64,000 nt of DNA, taken from contig NJBN01000005.1 of the NCBI GenBank assembly GCA_005223185.1, positions 29,091-93,090 of the forward strand, given 5' to 3'. Positions 45,511 to 54,738 of this stretch are shown here, piece by piece. The notes under the pieces were generated by a model. It made no database searches and was not told the origin of the DNA. It saw only the letters and a list, made by a program, of their open reading frames with translations. The translations under genes were made by a program, and so were the position numbers. The stretch's first letter is position 1. Each line of letters opens with the position of its first letter. The stretch comes from a candidate division LCP-89 bacterium B3_LCP (GTDB taxonomy: Bacteria > Electryoneota > B3-LCP).

Positions 45511-46146
45511 TTAAAGCGTTACTTTAAAACTACGGCGATGTATATCGCAATATCCGTGTGTTTTAATGGATTCCCTATGAGCTTTTACAGGATAACCTTT
45601 ATGCTTGTCAAAGCCGTATTCCGGGTGCCGGTGGTGATAGTCAACCATTATGCGATCTCGTGTAACTTTGGCGATGATCGAAGCGGCTGCGATGGAAAAA
45701 GAGCGACTATCGCCTTTTATCAGCGAATCCTGAGGAATATCGCAATCGGAGATCATCTGATTGCCATCAATCAGGAGATGATCCGGACGAATGACCAGAT
45801 CATCAACTGCCCTGCGCATGGCTAAAAGACTGGCATTGAGGATATTCATGCTATCTATTTCAACAGGGGAAGCCTGACCAATACCCACGTCCAGAGCGGC
45901 GGCAATGATGCTTTTGTAGATAATTTCACGCTGTTGGGGTGACAGGAGTTTGCTGTCGTTGACTTGCGGGATGAACAGTTCCTGTGAAAATATCACCGCA
46001 GCAGCGACTACGGGACCGGCTAAAGGACCTCTTCCCGCTTCATCGATTCCGGCAATGTAGTGCTTTCCCGCACTCCAGAGGTTTCGTTCAAAGTGGAAAA
46101 GTCCCTCTATTCGGTCCTTTTCATGTTTATTAATCTTCAGCGCCAA
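45511..46146 (-). CDS. rnhB: Ribonuclease HII
   Basis: AGIDEAGRGPLAGPV, NDSK, LLIDGN, IAAASIIAKVTRD, HKGY. Confidence 0.96.
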   Translation of the reverse strand: MALKINKHEKDRIEGLFHFERNLWSAGKHYIAGIDEAGRGPLAGPVVAAAVIFSQELFIPQVNDSKLLSPQQREIIYKSIIAAALDVGIGQASPVEIDSMNILNASLLAMRRAVDDLVIRPDHLLIDGNQMISDCDIPQDSLIKGDSRSFSIAAASIIAKVTRDRIMVDYHHRHPEYGFDKHKGYPVKAHRESIKTHGYCDIHRRSFKVTL

Positions 46147-48452
46147 TCGACACTCCAGAGATCCCTGCCATTTGACTTATAAACGGCGGCATTATGCATA
46201 TCGGTTCGGTGTACGAATGTTTTCATCTCCTGTAAGTTGGACATAACTTCAGCAGCAGGGTGTCCGTATGGGTTATATTTCCCACAGCTAATAACCGCAT
46301 GTTCCGGTTTTACCATATTTAAGAAATCTACGTCTGAAGAATAACGACTGCCATGATGCGGTATTTTCAATACTTCGCAGTTCAGATAACTTCCAGAAGT
46401 TGTAAGGATCCTCTCCTGTTTCCATCCGATATCGCCGGTGAATAAGAAATCAACGTCACCATGCGACAATTTCAGCACAAGGGAACGGTCGTTATCATCA
46501 CCCTGGTAGTTCCGTGGCGGCCAGAGCGCCAAACATTTTGCACCAGCTAAAATACATATAGTATCACCAAGGCTGATTTGCCGTACAGGAATATCCTTTG
46601 ATCGCGCTGTTTGGATGATCATTCTACCTAATTTATCTTCGGGATCAAGCTGGTTTACTATTAACCGTTTCACCTTCAGGAAATTCATGATTTCGCAGGC
46701 TCCACCGGCATGGTCAGAATCAAAATGCGAAATGATCAAGGCATCTATGCGGTGAAACCCTCGTTTCTTCAGTGAAGGAATAACTTCGAATTTGGCGGCG
46801 TCAGCGCTGCCGCAGTCAATCAAAACATTCGCTTTTTCAGGGAAGTGGACAAAGGCAGCATCTCCCTGGCTAATGTCTAAGAATTCCACTCGCAGATGCG
46901 CGTCAGTTGGAACCACAGGGAGTAACAAAAAGAAGGCTAAGGCGCCCCCAACTACGATAATCCTCAGCTTCCAGGTGCGGTATAGAATGAATCCCAATAG
47001 TGCCGCTGACAACACAATAGCGGATAACAGTCCGCCATGTCCGAAAGCGAAGCTGCCCGGGAGTGTAGATCCCAATTGTGCCAACCATTGCAGTGATTTC
47101 AAGCCTAATTCGATAGCGCCTGAGATGGCTGTAGCAGGGATGCCAGCTATAAAATCAAAGATTATTGCCAGCCAGCCTAAGAAAAATACGACTCCGGTCA
47201 ACGGAATGGCTATGAGATTCAGGAGAATGGAAACAGGCGCGTAACCACCGAAATGAGCTATCAGAACAGGAGCAGTGAAGGTTACAGTACAGACGCTGAT
47301 GAGCAGTGGGATGAAAGCGTAATTTTCTATGAACCGCCAGAAATTCCCGTTCCAGTGGGAAAAATCGGTTCGTCTGAAGAACAGGTTCTCACGAACGTCG
47401 ATCGCCAGTAAAACGCCCGCCATAGCTGTGAAGGAAAGTTGAAATCCCGGCGTGAAGAGCTGGTGGGGAGCGAACAGCAGGATAATTAAGGCTGCTGCAC
47501 CCAGCAAATTCCAGCGGTTGGGAAGCCGTTTAATTTCGTGACTCAATAAGAATAGAGAGATCATCAAAGCGGCTCGCAGGGTGGGCGTGTTGGAGCCAGT
47601 TACAATTACGAAACCCCACATCAAGGCAAGCAGTAGAAACCGGCGAATGTGAAGATTGCGCACGAAAGGGTTGATGAACAGTGTCAGCACGGCTAATAGA
47701 AATCCGATATGGAGACCGCTCACTGCCAAGAGATGATAAAGACCACTGCGCCTGAAATCATCTCGAATGTCGGTGGGAAGAGCCGATTTCTGACCTAACA
47801 GCATACCGGACAGGTGACCAGCCTGTCGCGGCGGCAGCATCCTGGCGATGGCACCCGTTAGGGCACACGATACTTTATTCGCGGCTGAAGGGTCAGCTAT
47901 CTGCACAGGCACGATCGAATGGGGTTTCATCCATCCCATGATACCTCGATAGGCGAACTCGAGCTTAAGGTCCCTGCCGCCGGGATTGCGCTTGGGCGGA
48001 TAGGGTTTTATTTCTCCTGATAATAGCAGTCGCGATCCTGGAACTGCGGGAAATTCTCCATTATCGGTGATTAGGCGTAATTTGCCATTTAATTCTTGAA
48101 ACGCAATCGCATCTGAGCTAAACCAATCCGGTTCGAAAACCGATACCGTTCTCTCGCCCGTCTGATATGTAACCTCAACAAGTTCGCCGCAGAGCAATAT
48201 TTCACCCTGAGGCAGGTTTTCTGCGGAGTACCTAATGAGATTAATACTTCCCGATAGCAGCACACCAACTAAAAACAACGAAAGGTAAACTAAGAAATCA
48301 CACCATCTTGACTTGAAGAAAGCTATTGTAACTAAAATCCCGACTGCCGTTGAACACAGAAATATCAATGTATCCTCGAGTACGAGGAGATTTCCTATGA
48401 TAATTCCAATCGCTAAGAATAACGCTATTTTCAGTGCTGGAAGCGACTTCAC
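46137..48452 (-). CDS. comEC: DNA internalisation competence protein ComEC/Rec2
   Basis: HLLAVSGLHIG, PGFQLSF, metallo-beta-lactamase domain DISQGDA, SHFDSDHAGG, LKIPHHGS, N.YGHP. Confidence 0.93.
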   Translation of the reverse strand: MKSLPALKIALFLAIGIIIGNLLVLEDTLIFLCSTAVGILVTIAFFKSRWCDFLVYLSLFLVGVLLSGSINLIRYSAENLPQGEILLCGELVEVTYQTGERTVSVFEPDWFSSDAIAFQELNGKLRLITDNGEFPAVPGSRLLLSGEIKPYPPKRNPGGRDLKLEFAYRGIMGWMKPHSIVPVQIADPSAANKVSCALTGAIARMLPPRQAGHLSGMLLGQKSALPTDIRDDFRRSGLYHLLAVSGLHIGFLLAVLTLFINPFVRNLHIRRFLLLALMWGFVIVTGSNTPTLRAALMISLFLLSHEIKRLPNRWNLLGAAALIILLFAPHQLFTPGFQLSFTAMAGVLLAIDVRENLFFRRTDFSHWNGNFWRFIENYAFIPLLISVCTVTFTAPVLIAHFGGYAPVSILLNLIAIPLTGVVFFLGWLAIIFDFIAGIPATAISGAIELGLKSLQWLAQLGSTLPGSFAFGHGGLLSAIVLSAALLGFILYRTWKLRIIVVGGALAFFLLLPVVPTDAHLRVEFLDISQGDAAFVHFPEKANVLIDCGSADAAKFEVIPSLKKRGFHRIDALIISHFDSDHAGGACEIMNFLKVKRLIVNQLDPEDKLGRMIIQTARSKDIPVRQISLGDTICILAGAKCLALWPPRNYQGDDNDRSLVLKLSHGDVDFLFTGDIGWKQERILTTSGSYLNCEVLKIPHHGSRYSSDVDFLNMVKPEHAVISCGKYNPYGHPAAEVMSNLQEMKTFVHRTDMHNAAVYKSNGRDLWSVDWR

Positions 48453-48456
48453 TTCA

Positions 48457-49152
48457 CTATTCTTTTTGAAATATTGCCAAGATTACTGCTCCCCGCAGGA
48501 TTAGTCTGTAGTCTTTCATGGTGAAACCAGCTCTGGCGTTTTCCTCTTCAAGTTCATCTAAACCGGGGAATTGATAGACCGAATCACGGAGGTATTGGTA
48601 AGCATGCGGATCAGAGGAAAGCGCCCGACCGATTAAGGGCACGATTCTCTTGAAATACAGACTGTAAACATGAGGAAAAATGAAACCGTGCGGTGTGGAC
48701 ATTTCCAAAAAGCCCCAGAAACTACCAGGTTTCAGCACACGGTGAATTTCCTTAAATCCCAGCAGACGATCCTGAAAGTTGCGGATTCCAAAAGTACATA
48801 TTACGCCATCTACCGATTCTGACTGCAAGGGGAGCGATTCTGCTACACCCTTGGTCAACTTAGCCGAATTGACTTTCTTGCGGTAGAGTTCAAGCATGGG
48901 AATGGAGGGATCGATACCTATAACTTCAACCCGAGGACAGATCGCTTTAAGAGCATTTTCCATATCCCCGGTACCTGCGGATATATCCAGGAATATCTGT
49001 CCTGATCGGGGATTCATCCACCTGGCTAAATCCGAACGCCAACGCTTGTCGCGTCGCCAAGATATTATGGAATTCAGATGATCATATACTGGCGCTATGC
49101 GATCGAAATGCGAGACAACATTGTGGCGATCCGGACACATCAGGGCAGACAC
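48457..49152 (-). CDS. menG: UbiE/MenG-family quinone C-methyltransferase
   Basis: FDRIAPVYDHLN...WR, LDISAGTGD, FGIRNF, AYQYLRDSV. Confidence 0.8.
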   Translation of the reverse strand: MSALMCPDRHNVVSHFDRIAPVYDHLNSIISWRRDKRWRSDLARWMNPRSGQIFLDISAGTGDMENALKAICPRVEVIGIDPSIPMLELYRKKVNSAKLTKGVAESLPLQSESVDGVICTFGIRNFQDRLLGFKEIHRVLKPGSFWGFLEMSTPHGFIFPHVYSLYFKRIVPLIGRALSSDPHAYQYLRDSVYQFPGLDELEEENARAGFTMKDYRLILRGAVILAIFQKE

Positions 49153-49159
49153 AGGCGCG

Positions 49160-49993
49160 TTAAAAGAGATTTATATGATAATGTGCCACCTGCCATATAA
49201 ACACAAAGGGTACCGATAGAATTAAGCTGTCGAAACGATCCAGAACGCCGCCATGTTCGGAGAGGAGGGTTCCTGAATCCTTGACGCCTGCAGATCGTTT
49301 GAAGTAAGATTCGATAAGATCACCGAATTGCCCCACCAACCCGACAACGACGGCGACAAACAGCAGGTCGTTCAGGTCGGTTCTACCGGCTAAAAAGGGC
49401 CACCAGAGAAATGCCCAGATAAAAGCTCCCATAACGCCGAAGAAAAAGCCTTCCCAAGTCTTTCGGGGGCTTACATAAGGAGACATCCTGTGTCTTCCGA
49501 AAGCTTTGCCACCGGCGTAAGCTGCCGTATCACAGATCCAGATTGATGAAAACAGGTAGAGGGTGTACCCAGTTGAGATCTGTAAATCATCCCATACTGC
49601 ACTGCGGATATAGACTAACAACCCCAAGAAAAGGGGTATGTATATCCAGCCGAAGATGGTCAGAGGAAGATCTCGGTAAGCCTGCCGTTCACCGAAGCGA
49701 ATTTCGATAAAGGCCAAGAGAACTGCCAAAATGAGCATTAAAGCTAACCAATGCCCGGGTAACAGAAATTCGGCCATAAAAACCGCCAGGACGGCAGATA
49801 ACACCGCTGGAAAGGTCTGCGGGTTGAAATGACGAGTTTCCGCCATAGAATAGAATTCAAAGAGAGCGATACCTGCGATTACCGCTACAAAGAGGGCGAA
49901 AACCCATCCTCCCAACAGCGTCACTATAAAGATTAAGGGTATTCCCCAAGCGGCTACACCCAGACGGGTAATCAGAGGTCTTTGATTCTGCAT
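49160..49993 (-). CDS. cdsA: Phosphatidate cytidylyltransferase
   Basis: DTAAY..G, SPRKTWEG, GDLIESYFKR..GVKDSG, HGGVLDRFDS. Confidence 0.95.
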   Translation of the reverse strand: MQNQRPLITRLGVAAWGIPLIFIVTLLGGWVFALFVAVIAGIALFEFYSMAETRHFNPQTFPAVLSAVLAVFMAEFLLPGHWLALMLILAVLLAFIEIRFGERQAYRDLPLTIFGWIYIPLFLGLLVYIRSAVWDDLQISTGYTLYLFSSIWICDTAAYAGGKAFGRHRMSPYVSPRKTWEGFFFGVMGAFIWAFLWWPFLAGRTDLNDLLFVAVVVGLVGQFGDLIESYFKRSAGVKDSGTLLSEHGGVLDRFDSLILSVPFVFIWQVAHYHINLF

Positions 49994-50036
49994 AATGTGA
50001 TTTTTTACTTATATTATTTGATTCATCACCATTACC

Positions 50037-50735
50037 TTACCGGGTAATGTACTTAATGTGCCAGAAGCATTCGCCTATGTGAATATCCATTTTGTCCGTC
50101 CATGGAGCGAAAATATGGCGGAGCGCTTCTGCGTCATAATAGTTTTTCAGGATTTTATGCTCAGTTCCGTCCAGAAGATGGCGCAATTTGTAACTGTTTT
50201 CGTCACTTTTCTCTGCTATCAATTCGCCACCAATTCCTGGTATATAGACATTATCCACCATGAATACCGGTGAATTCGCTGTCAATCTGTCGTGAAAACC
50301 GCTTAAGAATTGCTTGATCTTGACTTTCGGAACGTGCGAAAACCAGAAAGCTGCCAGACCTGCGTCGAACTTTTCCGGGATCGCATCCAACTGATAGGCA
50401 TCTACCTGCCGGAATTCGATCACGGATCGGGGAAAGCCTTTTTGTCGTGCTTCTTTCAGCATTTCAGGAGAAGTGTCAGTGGCAAGGATTTTATCCGCGA
50501 TTTTTACCAATTCTGCAGTCCAGAAACCGCTTCCGCAGGCGATTTCCAGCACGCGACGCTCTCTGAATATCTCCTTGATATTGTCAGCGATATCCTCCTG
50601 TTCTCGCTGACGAACAGGATCATCACGATGGAATTTATCTTCATAATCACAAGCGTGGCGGTTGTAATATTCCCGCACAGCGAGTTCATTAACGGGAAGG
50701 TTTGGGGAGTTTTCTCTATTCTTTGTGGAGTTCAT
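50037..50735 (-). CDS. Class I SAM-dependent methyltransferase, substrate unknown
   Basis: VLEIACGSGFWT motif I, FDAGLAAFWFSHVP. Start set at ATG 50735. Confidence 0.8.
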   Translation of the reverse strand: MNSTKNRENSPNLPVNELAVREYYNRHACDYEDKFHRDDPVRQREQEDIADNIKEIFRERRVLEIACGSGFWTAELVKIADKILATDTSPEMLKEARQKGFPRSVIEFRQVDAYQLDAIPEKFDAGLAAFWFSHVPKVKIKQFLSGFHDRLTANSPVFMVDNVYIPGIGGELIAEKSDENSYKLRHLLDGTEHKILKNYYDAEALRHIFAPWTDKMDIHIGECFWHIKYITR

Positions 50736-50749
50736 ATAATGATCTTTTT

Positions 50750-51217
50750 CTAATTCGCACCCTTCCCTGTCCCCCACTCGATAACTTCAATACGTACTCG
50801 CGCAGTTCCAGCAACCACCATATCGATAACCTGGGCTGCGCCTAAAGAAAGATCGATGATGCGCCCTTTTACGAAGGGACCGCGGTCATTGATGCGAACG
50901 TTTAAGCTTTTTCCGTTATCTAAGTTTTTCACCTTTACCACAGTGCCCAGCGGTAGAGTTTTATGTGCGGCAGAAATCCCGTTCATATCGAATATTTCAC
51001 CTGATGAAGTGGGTCTTCCGTGAAATTTATCGGCGTAATAACTGGCGATACCGGTTTCGACATACCTGCTTCCAGGTTCTACAACCGGAGACACGGGACC
51101 ACTGCGATAGCGGGGCATGGACGTGCAACCCCAGAAGGAAAGGGTTACGAATAAAACGATGAGACAAGCTGGAAAAGTTGTGACAAAAGTTCGTTTAGAA
51201 TATCTGATAAAATTCAT
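50750..51217 (-). CDS. rlpA: RlpA septal-ring lytic transglycosylase lipoprotein (DPBB domain only)
   Basis: Lipobox [38 protein letters not shown]. Confidence 0.92.
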   Translation of the reverse strand: MNFIRYSKRTFVTTFPACLIVLFVTLSFWGCTSMPRYRSGPVSPVVEPGSRYVETGIASYYADKFHGRPTSSGEIFDMNGISAAHKTLPLGTVVKVKNLDNGKSLNVRINDRGPFVKGRIIDLSLGAAQVIDMVVAGTARVRIEVIEWGTGKGAN

Positions 51218-51236
51218 GTGTTACGCTGCAATTATT

Positions 51237-52151
51237 TTATATGTCCAACGTGCCCACCAAATCCTGGACTCCGCTGATATCATGGCTAATACAGAACTCT
51301 TCGATCCCACTTAGTACCTCCAGCGGAGCTTGAGGATCGACAAAATTGGCAGTACCGATCTGAACGGCGTTGGCTCCGGTGATGATGAATTCAAGCGCAT
51401 CTGAAGCTTTAGAAATTCCTCCAATACCGATTATGGGGATGGAGACCGCTCTTCTAACTTCCAGCACTTTAGCCAGCGCTACCGGCTTAATAGGCGGTCC
51501 GGAATAACCTCCTGTTACGGTGGCAAGTTGAGGACGACGCGTTTCGATATCTACTGACATGCCAACCAGAGTGTTAATCAGAGACACAGCATCGGCGCCG
51601 GAGTCCGCGCAGACTCGAGCTATCTCAGCGATGGAAGTGACGTTCGGTGTAAGTTTAGGTATTACTGGTCTTTCGGTGCGCTGGCGTATTCCGCTTATAA
51701 TTTCTTCCGTTACAGCAGGGTTAGACCCAAAAGCCATCCCCTCGTCCTTCACATTGGGGCAGGAGATGTTTATTTCATAAGCATCTATGCCCGTTTGATC
51801 ATCCAGTTTTTCTATCAGTTCCCAGTACTCTTCTACATTCGATCCGGCGATGTTTACGATTATTGCTGTATCGATCTCCCGCAAGGCGGGGAGTTTGTCA
51901 GTGATGAAAGCATCGGAACCGACATTAGCCAGACCGATGGAGTTGAGCATACCTCCAGATGTCTCCCAGATGCGAGGCGGAGGATTACCCGGGCGGGGCT
52001 GCGGCGTTATGGTCTTGGTGATAATGCCACCTAACCTGGATACGTCAATCAGTTCTGCATATTCAGTGCCGTATCCGAAAGTACCGGAAGCAACTAAAAC
52101 GGGATTCTTCAGATCCAGCTTCCCAAGCTTGACTGACAGATCGACTTTCAT
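51237..52151 (-). CDS. pyrD: Dihydroorotate dehydrogenase, catalytic subunit (class 1B)
   Basis: KNPVLVASGTFG, NSIGLAN, EINISCPN, KLTPNV, INTL, GGYSGP. ATG at 52151 overlaps the upstream stop (ATGA). Confidence 0.96.
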   Translation of the reverse strand: MKVDLSVKLGKLDLKNPVLVASGTFGYGTEYAELIDVSRLGGIITKTITPQPRPGNPPPRIWETSGGMLNSIGLANVGSDAFITDKLPALREIDTAIIVNIAGSNVEEYWELIEKLDDQTGIDAYEINISCPNVKDEGMAFGSNPAVTEEIISGIRQRTERPVIPKLTPNVTSIAEIARVCADSGADAVSLINTLVGMSVDIETRRPQLATVTGGYSGPPIKPVALAKVLEVRRAVSIPIIGIGGISKASDALEFIITGANAVQIGTANFVDPQAPLEVLSGIEEFCISHDISGVQDLVGTLDI

Positions 52152-53065
52152 GCGCCTATTGCCTCCCTTCGGCGGAGGTAACGGTTCAAATATTGACCGC
52201 AATTCGATCCTATCCTGTCCTCTTCCGGTTGCCCGAGACTCAAGATTACTTCATACCCGACACGTTTAAGTTCCACAACGATCTCACCCGAACCATCGCC
52301 ACTATGGGGATTAATCCGGGTTTGGAGGTTGTTCTTTTGGCTGTTCTGGGTAGGATTAAGCGGAGTTAGTTTTACTAGAAAGACGTCTGTATCGAAGAAT
52401 TCAAGGAGCACGTCCGCATCAATTGGGAATCCTTCAGCCATGGCGAAATTCAAGGCTATTTTCCTATCACCTGGTGAAAAGAAGCTCTCCCCTATTTCCG
52501 CTGCTTGATGGAAATCCATCAGGGGATAATTTATCAATTCATGACGCAATTGCTGGTCTGTAGTGTGCAGTGAAAACTGCAGCTGAAAGCGACCACCAGA
52601 ATAGAGTTCATTCTTTATAGTTACCAACTCATCGAAAAAACTGTGGCGTTTTGCAGGTAAAACCGATGAAATACAGGGCATTAGTCCGGGAGCGTGATAC
52701 TTTTTTGGTAGAGTTCTCAGAACGTTCAGAACCGCATCGTTTAGCGCTGGTTCACCCATGCGTGCAAACTGGATCTTGAACTTGGGAACAGGCACGCTGC
52801 GATCTGGGAAACGCGCTGTCACCAGAGCATCGATCTGCGCGAAGATTTCATCTTCACTCAAACGACCATGATAATCACCCCCTGCATCACACATAAGGCA
52901 GCGCACAGGACAACCGTTCAGAGTGGAGACGATCAGCACCCATTTTTCCTCGCGAGGAATTGGGGGTTGAAGGGATTCGACGAATTCCACTACTGAACCA
53001 GTTTCCGTTTCACCCAGATACAACATCGCCAGATCTTCACGACCGTGATGTTCTATTATGTTCAT
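52148..53065 (-). CDS. RlmN/Cfr-like radical SAM protein (short, function unknown)
   Basis: C52-C56-C59 (GCPVRCLMC), RMGEPALN, LQFSLH, C-terminal GSNCGQ; 305 aa. Confidence 0.82.
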   Translation of the reverse strand: MNIIEHHGREDLAMLYLGETETGSVVEFVESLQPPIPREEKWVLIVSTLNGCPVRCLMCDAGGDYHGRLSEDEIFAQIDALVTARFPDRSVPVPKFKIQFARMGEPALNDAVLNVLRTLPKKYHAPGLMPCISSVLPAKRHSFFDELVTIKNELYSGGRFQLQFSLHTTDQQLRHELINYPLMDFHQAAEIGESFFSPGDRKIALNFAMAEGFPIDADVLLEFFDTDVFLVKLTPLNPTQNSQKNNLQTRINPHSGDGSGEIVVELKRVGYEVILSLGQPEEDRIGSNCGQYLNRYLRRREAIGA

Positions 53066-53946
53066 TATTGATTATTTTCCTGTAGAAATTGCGTGATTTC
53101 CATGGCACAACGCAGCCCATCTCCGACGGCAATGCCCACCTGACGGCAACTGCCGTTAACCACGTCCCCGATGAAATGGAACTGCGGAATTTCAGGCTTG
53201 TTCTTCAGTTCCGGTGATAAAAAAGCTAACTCAGGATGACGCCCAACAGCGCAAAGCACTAAATCTGCACAGATTGGTGAAGGCGTTCCGCCTCTAAAAT
53301 TGACCACGACCTGTGATTTTTCTCTGGTTATAGCAACTGGTTCTGCGTTGTAGATACGCTTAATATCTGACATTGATAGTACTCGTTCATCAAGAATCCG
53401 AAGGCAACACGGACTTGCGGATCTCATGGCGATGATCACGTCCATCTTGCGCCATGCCAAAGATAGAGCATAGTCGAAAGCCGCGTCTCCGCCTCCAATG
53501 ATGCAGGCAGTGCCAGCCAAACTTTCGGGAAGGTTCCTCAGTTCGGTAAAGACCTTCTTCCCAGACAAATCCTCAACGCCGTGTATATCCAGTTGATTGG
53601 GTGTCGTACCAGCAGCTACTATAACAGTACGTGCAATAACTTCTTTATTATTAATTGAAGCAATGAAATGATCGTCCATCCGGTGCAGATCATCTGCATG
53701 AGCATGCTGAACTTGTATGTCAAGCTCTTCTAAATGTTCCTGAAATAACTTCGCCAGATCAAGCCCAGAGATGCCCCGGGCAAAACCCGGGTAGTTTTCA
53801 ACCCAACCGGCGTTTAATAAAGCTCCTCCTATACGATCCTTTTCGACTATGAATGGATCAAACCCGGCTCTCTTCAGTTGCAGCGCAGCCGCTATTCCCG
53901 CAGGTCCAGCGCCAATTATAAGAACCTCAACTTCTTGTGATTGCAT
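53065..53946 (-). CDS. TrxB-fold FAD/NAD(P)H oxidoreductase lacking the CxxC disulfide
   Basis: IIGAGPAG, ENYPG, IIGGGDAA, FIGDV...RQVGIAVGDG; KVFTELRNL replaces the usual VSACATCD. Confidence 0.85.
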   Translation of the reverse strand: MQSQEVEVLIIGAGPAGIAAALQLKRAGFDPFIVEKDRIGGALLNAGWVENYPGFARGISGLDLAKLFQEHLEELDIQVQHAHADDLHRMDDHFIASINNKEVIARTVIVAAGTTPNQLDIHGVEDLSGKKVFTELRNLPESLAGTACIIGGGDAAFDYALSLAWRKMDVIIAMRSASPCCLRILDERVLSMSDIKRIYNAEPVAITREKSQVVVNFRGGTPSPICADLVLCAVGRHPELAFLSPELKNKPEIPQFHFIGDVVNGSCRQVGIAVGDGLRCAMEITQFLQENNQ

Positions 53947-53962
53947 TAAATAATTGCTGCTT

Positions 53963-54736
53963 TCAGGTAATTAAATCCCAATCAACGTCGGCTCCGTTGA
54001 AGACTGGGCCATCCGTGCAGACGAGCTTATATCCTCCACCAACACTCTGCGCACACCCCTGGCAAACCCCAATTCCGCAAGCCATTCTACTTTCAAGTGA
54101 TACTTGATATAATATGCTGTTATGTGCGCATAATTCATCTGTTTTTCTCATCATGGGTACAGGACCACAGGTATAAACTGTATGAATCTCTGATGGATTT
54201 TCACCGAGGTGTTTTTCCAGTAGATCAGTAACCAAACCTTTAATCCCGAAGCTGCCGTCATCTGTGCAGTAGGAAATATTGCGTTCGGGAATAACCGCAT
54301 CCGGCAAGGGGAATTTTTCATGTGATTGTCCACCCAAAAAGAATGGCACTTTTTTTCCCTGTTTGACTAACTCATCCTGTAGCATCAGTAAGGGCACTAC
54401 ACCGATTCCACCGCCTACTAAAACCACAGCATCCGCATTTTGGTAGGTGAAACCTTTCCCCAAAGGCCCAATTACGTCGCATATTTGACCTGTTTGCAAA
54501 TTGGACAATAACTCAGTACCCTTGCCGACAATTTGTATAATGAGGGAAATAAGGCCGTCCCCTGCGCCTGCAATACTAAACGGTCTGCGTAGAAGGATCC
54601 CAGCACCATCTACCTTCAGATGTACAAATTGACCGGGCTTGGCCAACTCAGCAATTTGTGGTAGTTCTAAGACGAGGGAAAATATAGTCGGACGATACCT
54701 TTCAACCTGGCGGACGACGCCTTTTTCCTGGATCAT
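53963..54736 (-). CDS. pyrK: Dihydroorotate dehydrogenase electron-transfer subunit
   Basis: PGQFV, LRRPFSI, GPLGKGF, GGGIGVVP, CGPVPMM, RMACGIGVCQGC...VCTDGPVF (2Fe-2S). Confidence 0.95.
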   Translation of the reverse strand: MIQEKGVVRQVERYRPTIFSLVLELPQIAELAKPGQFVHLKVDGAGILLRRPFSIAGAGDGLISLIIQIVGKGTELLSNLQTGQICDVIGPLGKGFTYQNADAVVLVGGGIGVVPLLMLQDELVKQGKKVPFFLGGQSHEKFPLPDAVIPERNISYCTDDGSFGIKGLVTDLLEKHLGENPSEIHTVYTCGPVPMMRKTDELCAHNSILYQVSLESRMACGIGVCQGCAQSVGGGYKLVCTDGPVFNGADVDWDLIT

Positions 54737-54738
54737 TA

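Noticed and set aside
50037-50735. Methyltransferase between rlpA and cdsA as part of a novel system
   Set aside because: Common stand-alone class I methyltransferase with no informative linkage.
52148-53065. Calling this gene rlmN or cfr
   Set aside because: Short N-terminus and missing resolving Cys; left without a gene symbol.
53065-53946. Calling this gene trxB, or a selenoprotein version of it
   Set aside because: The CxxC site is absent and the frame has no internal TGA.
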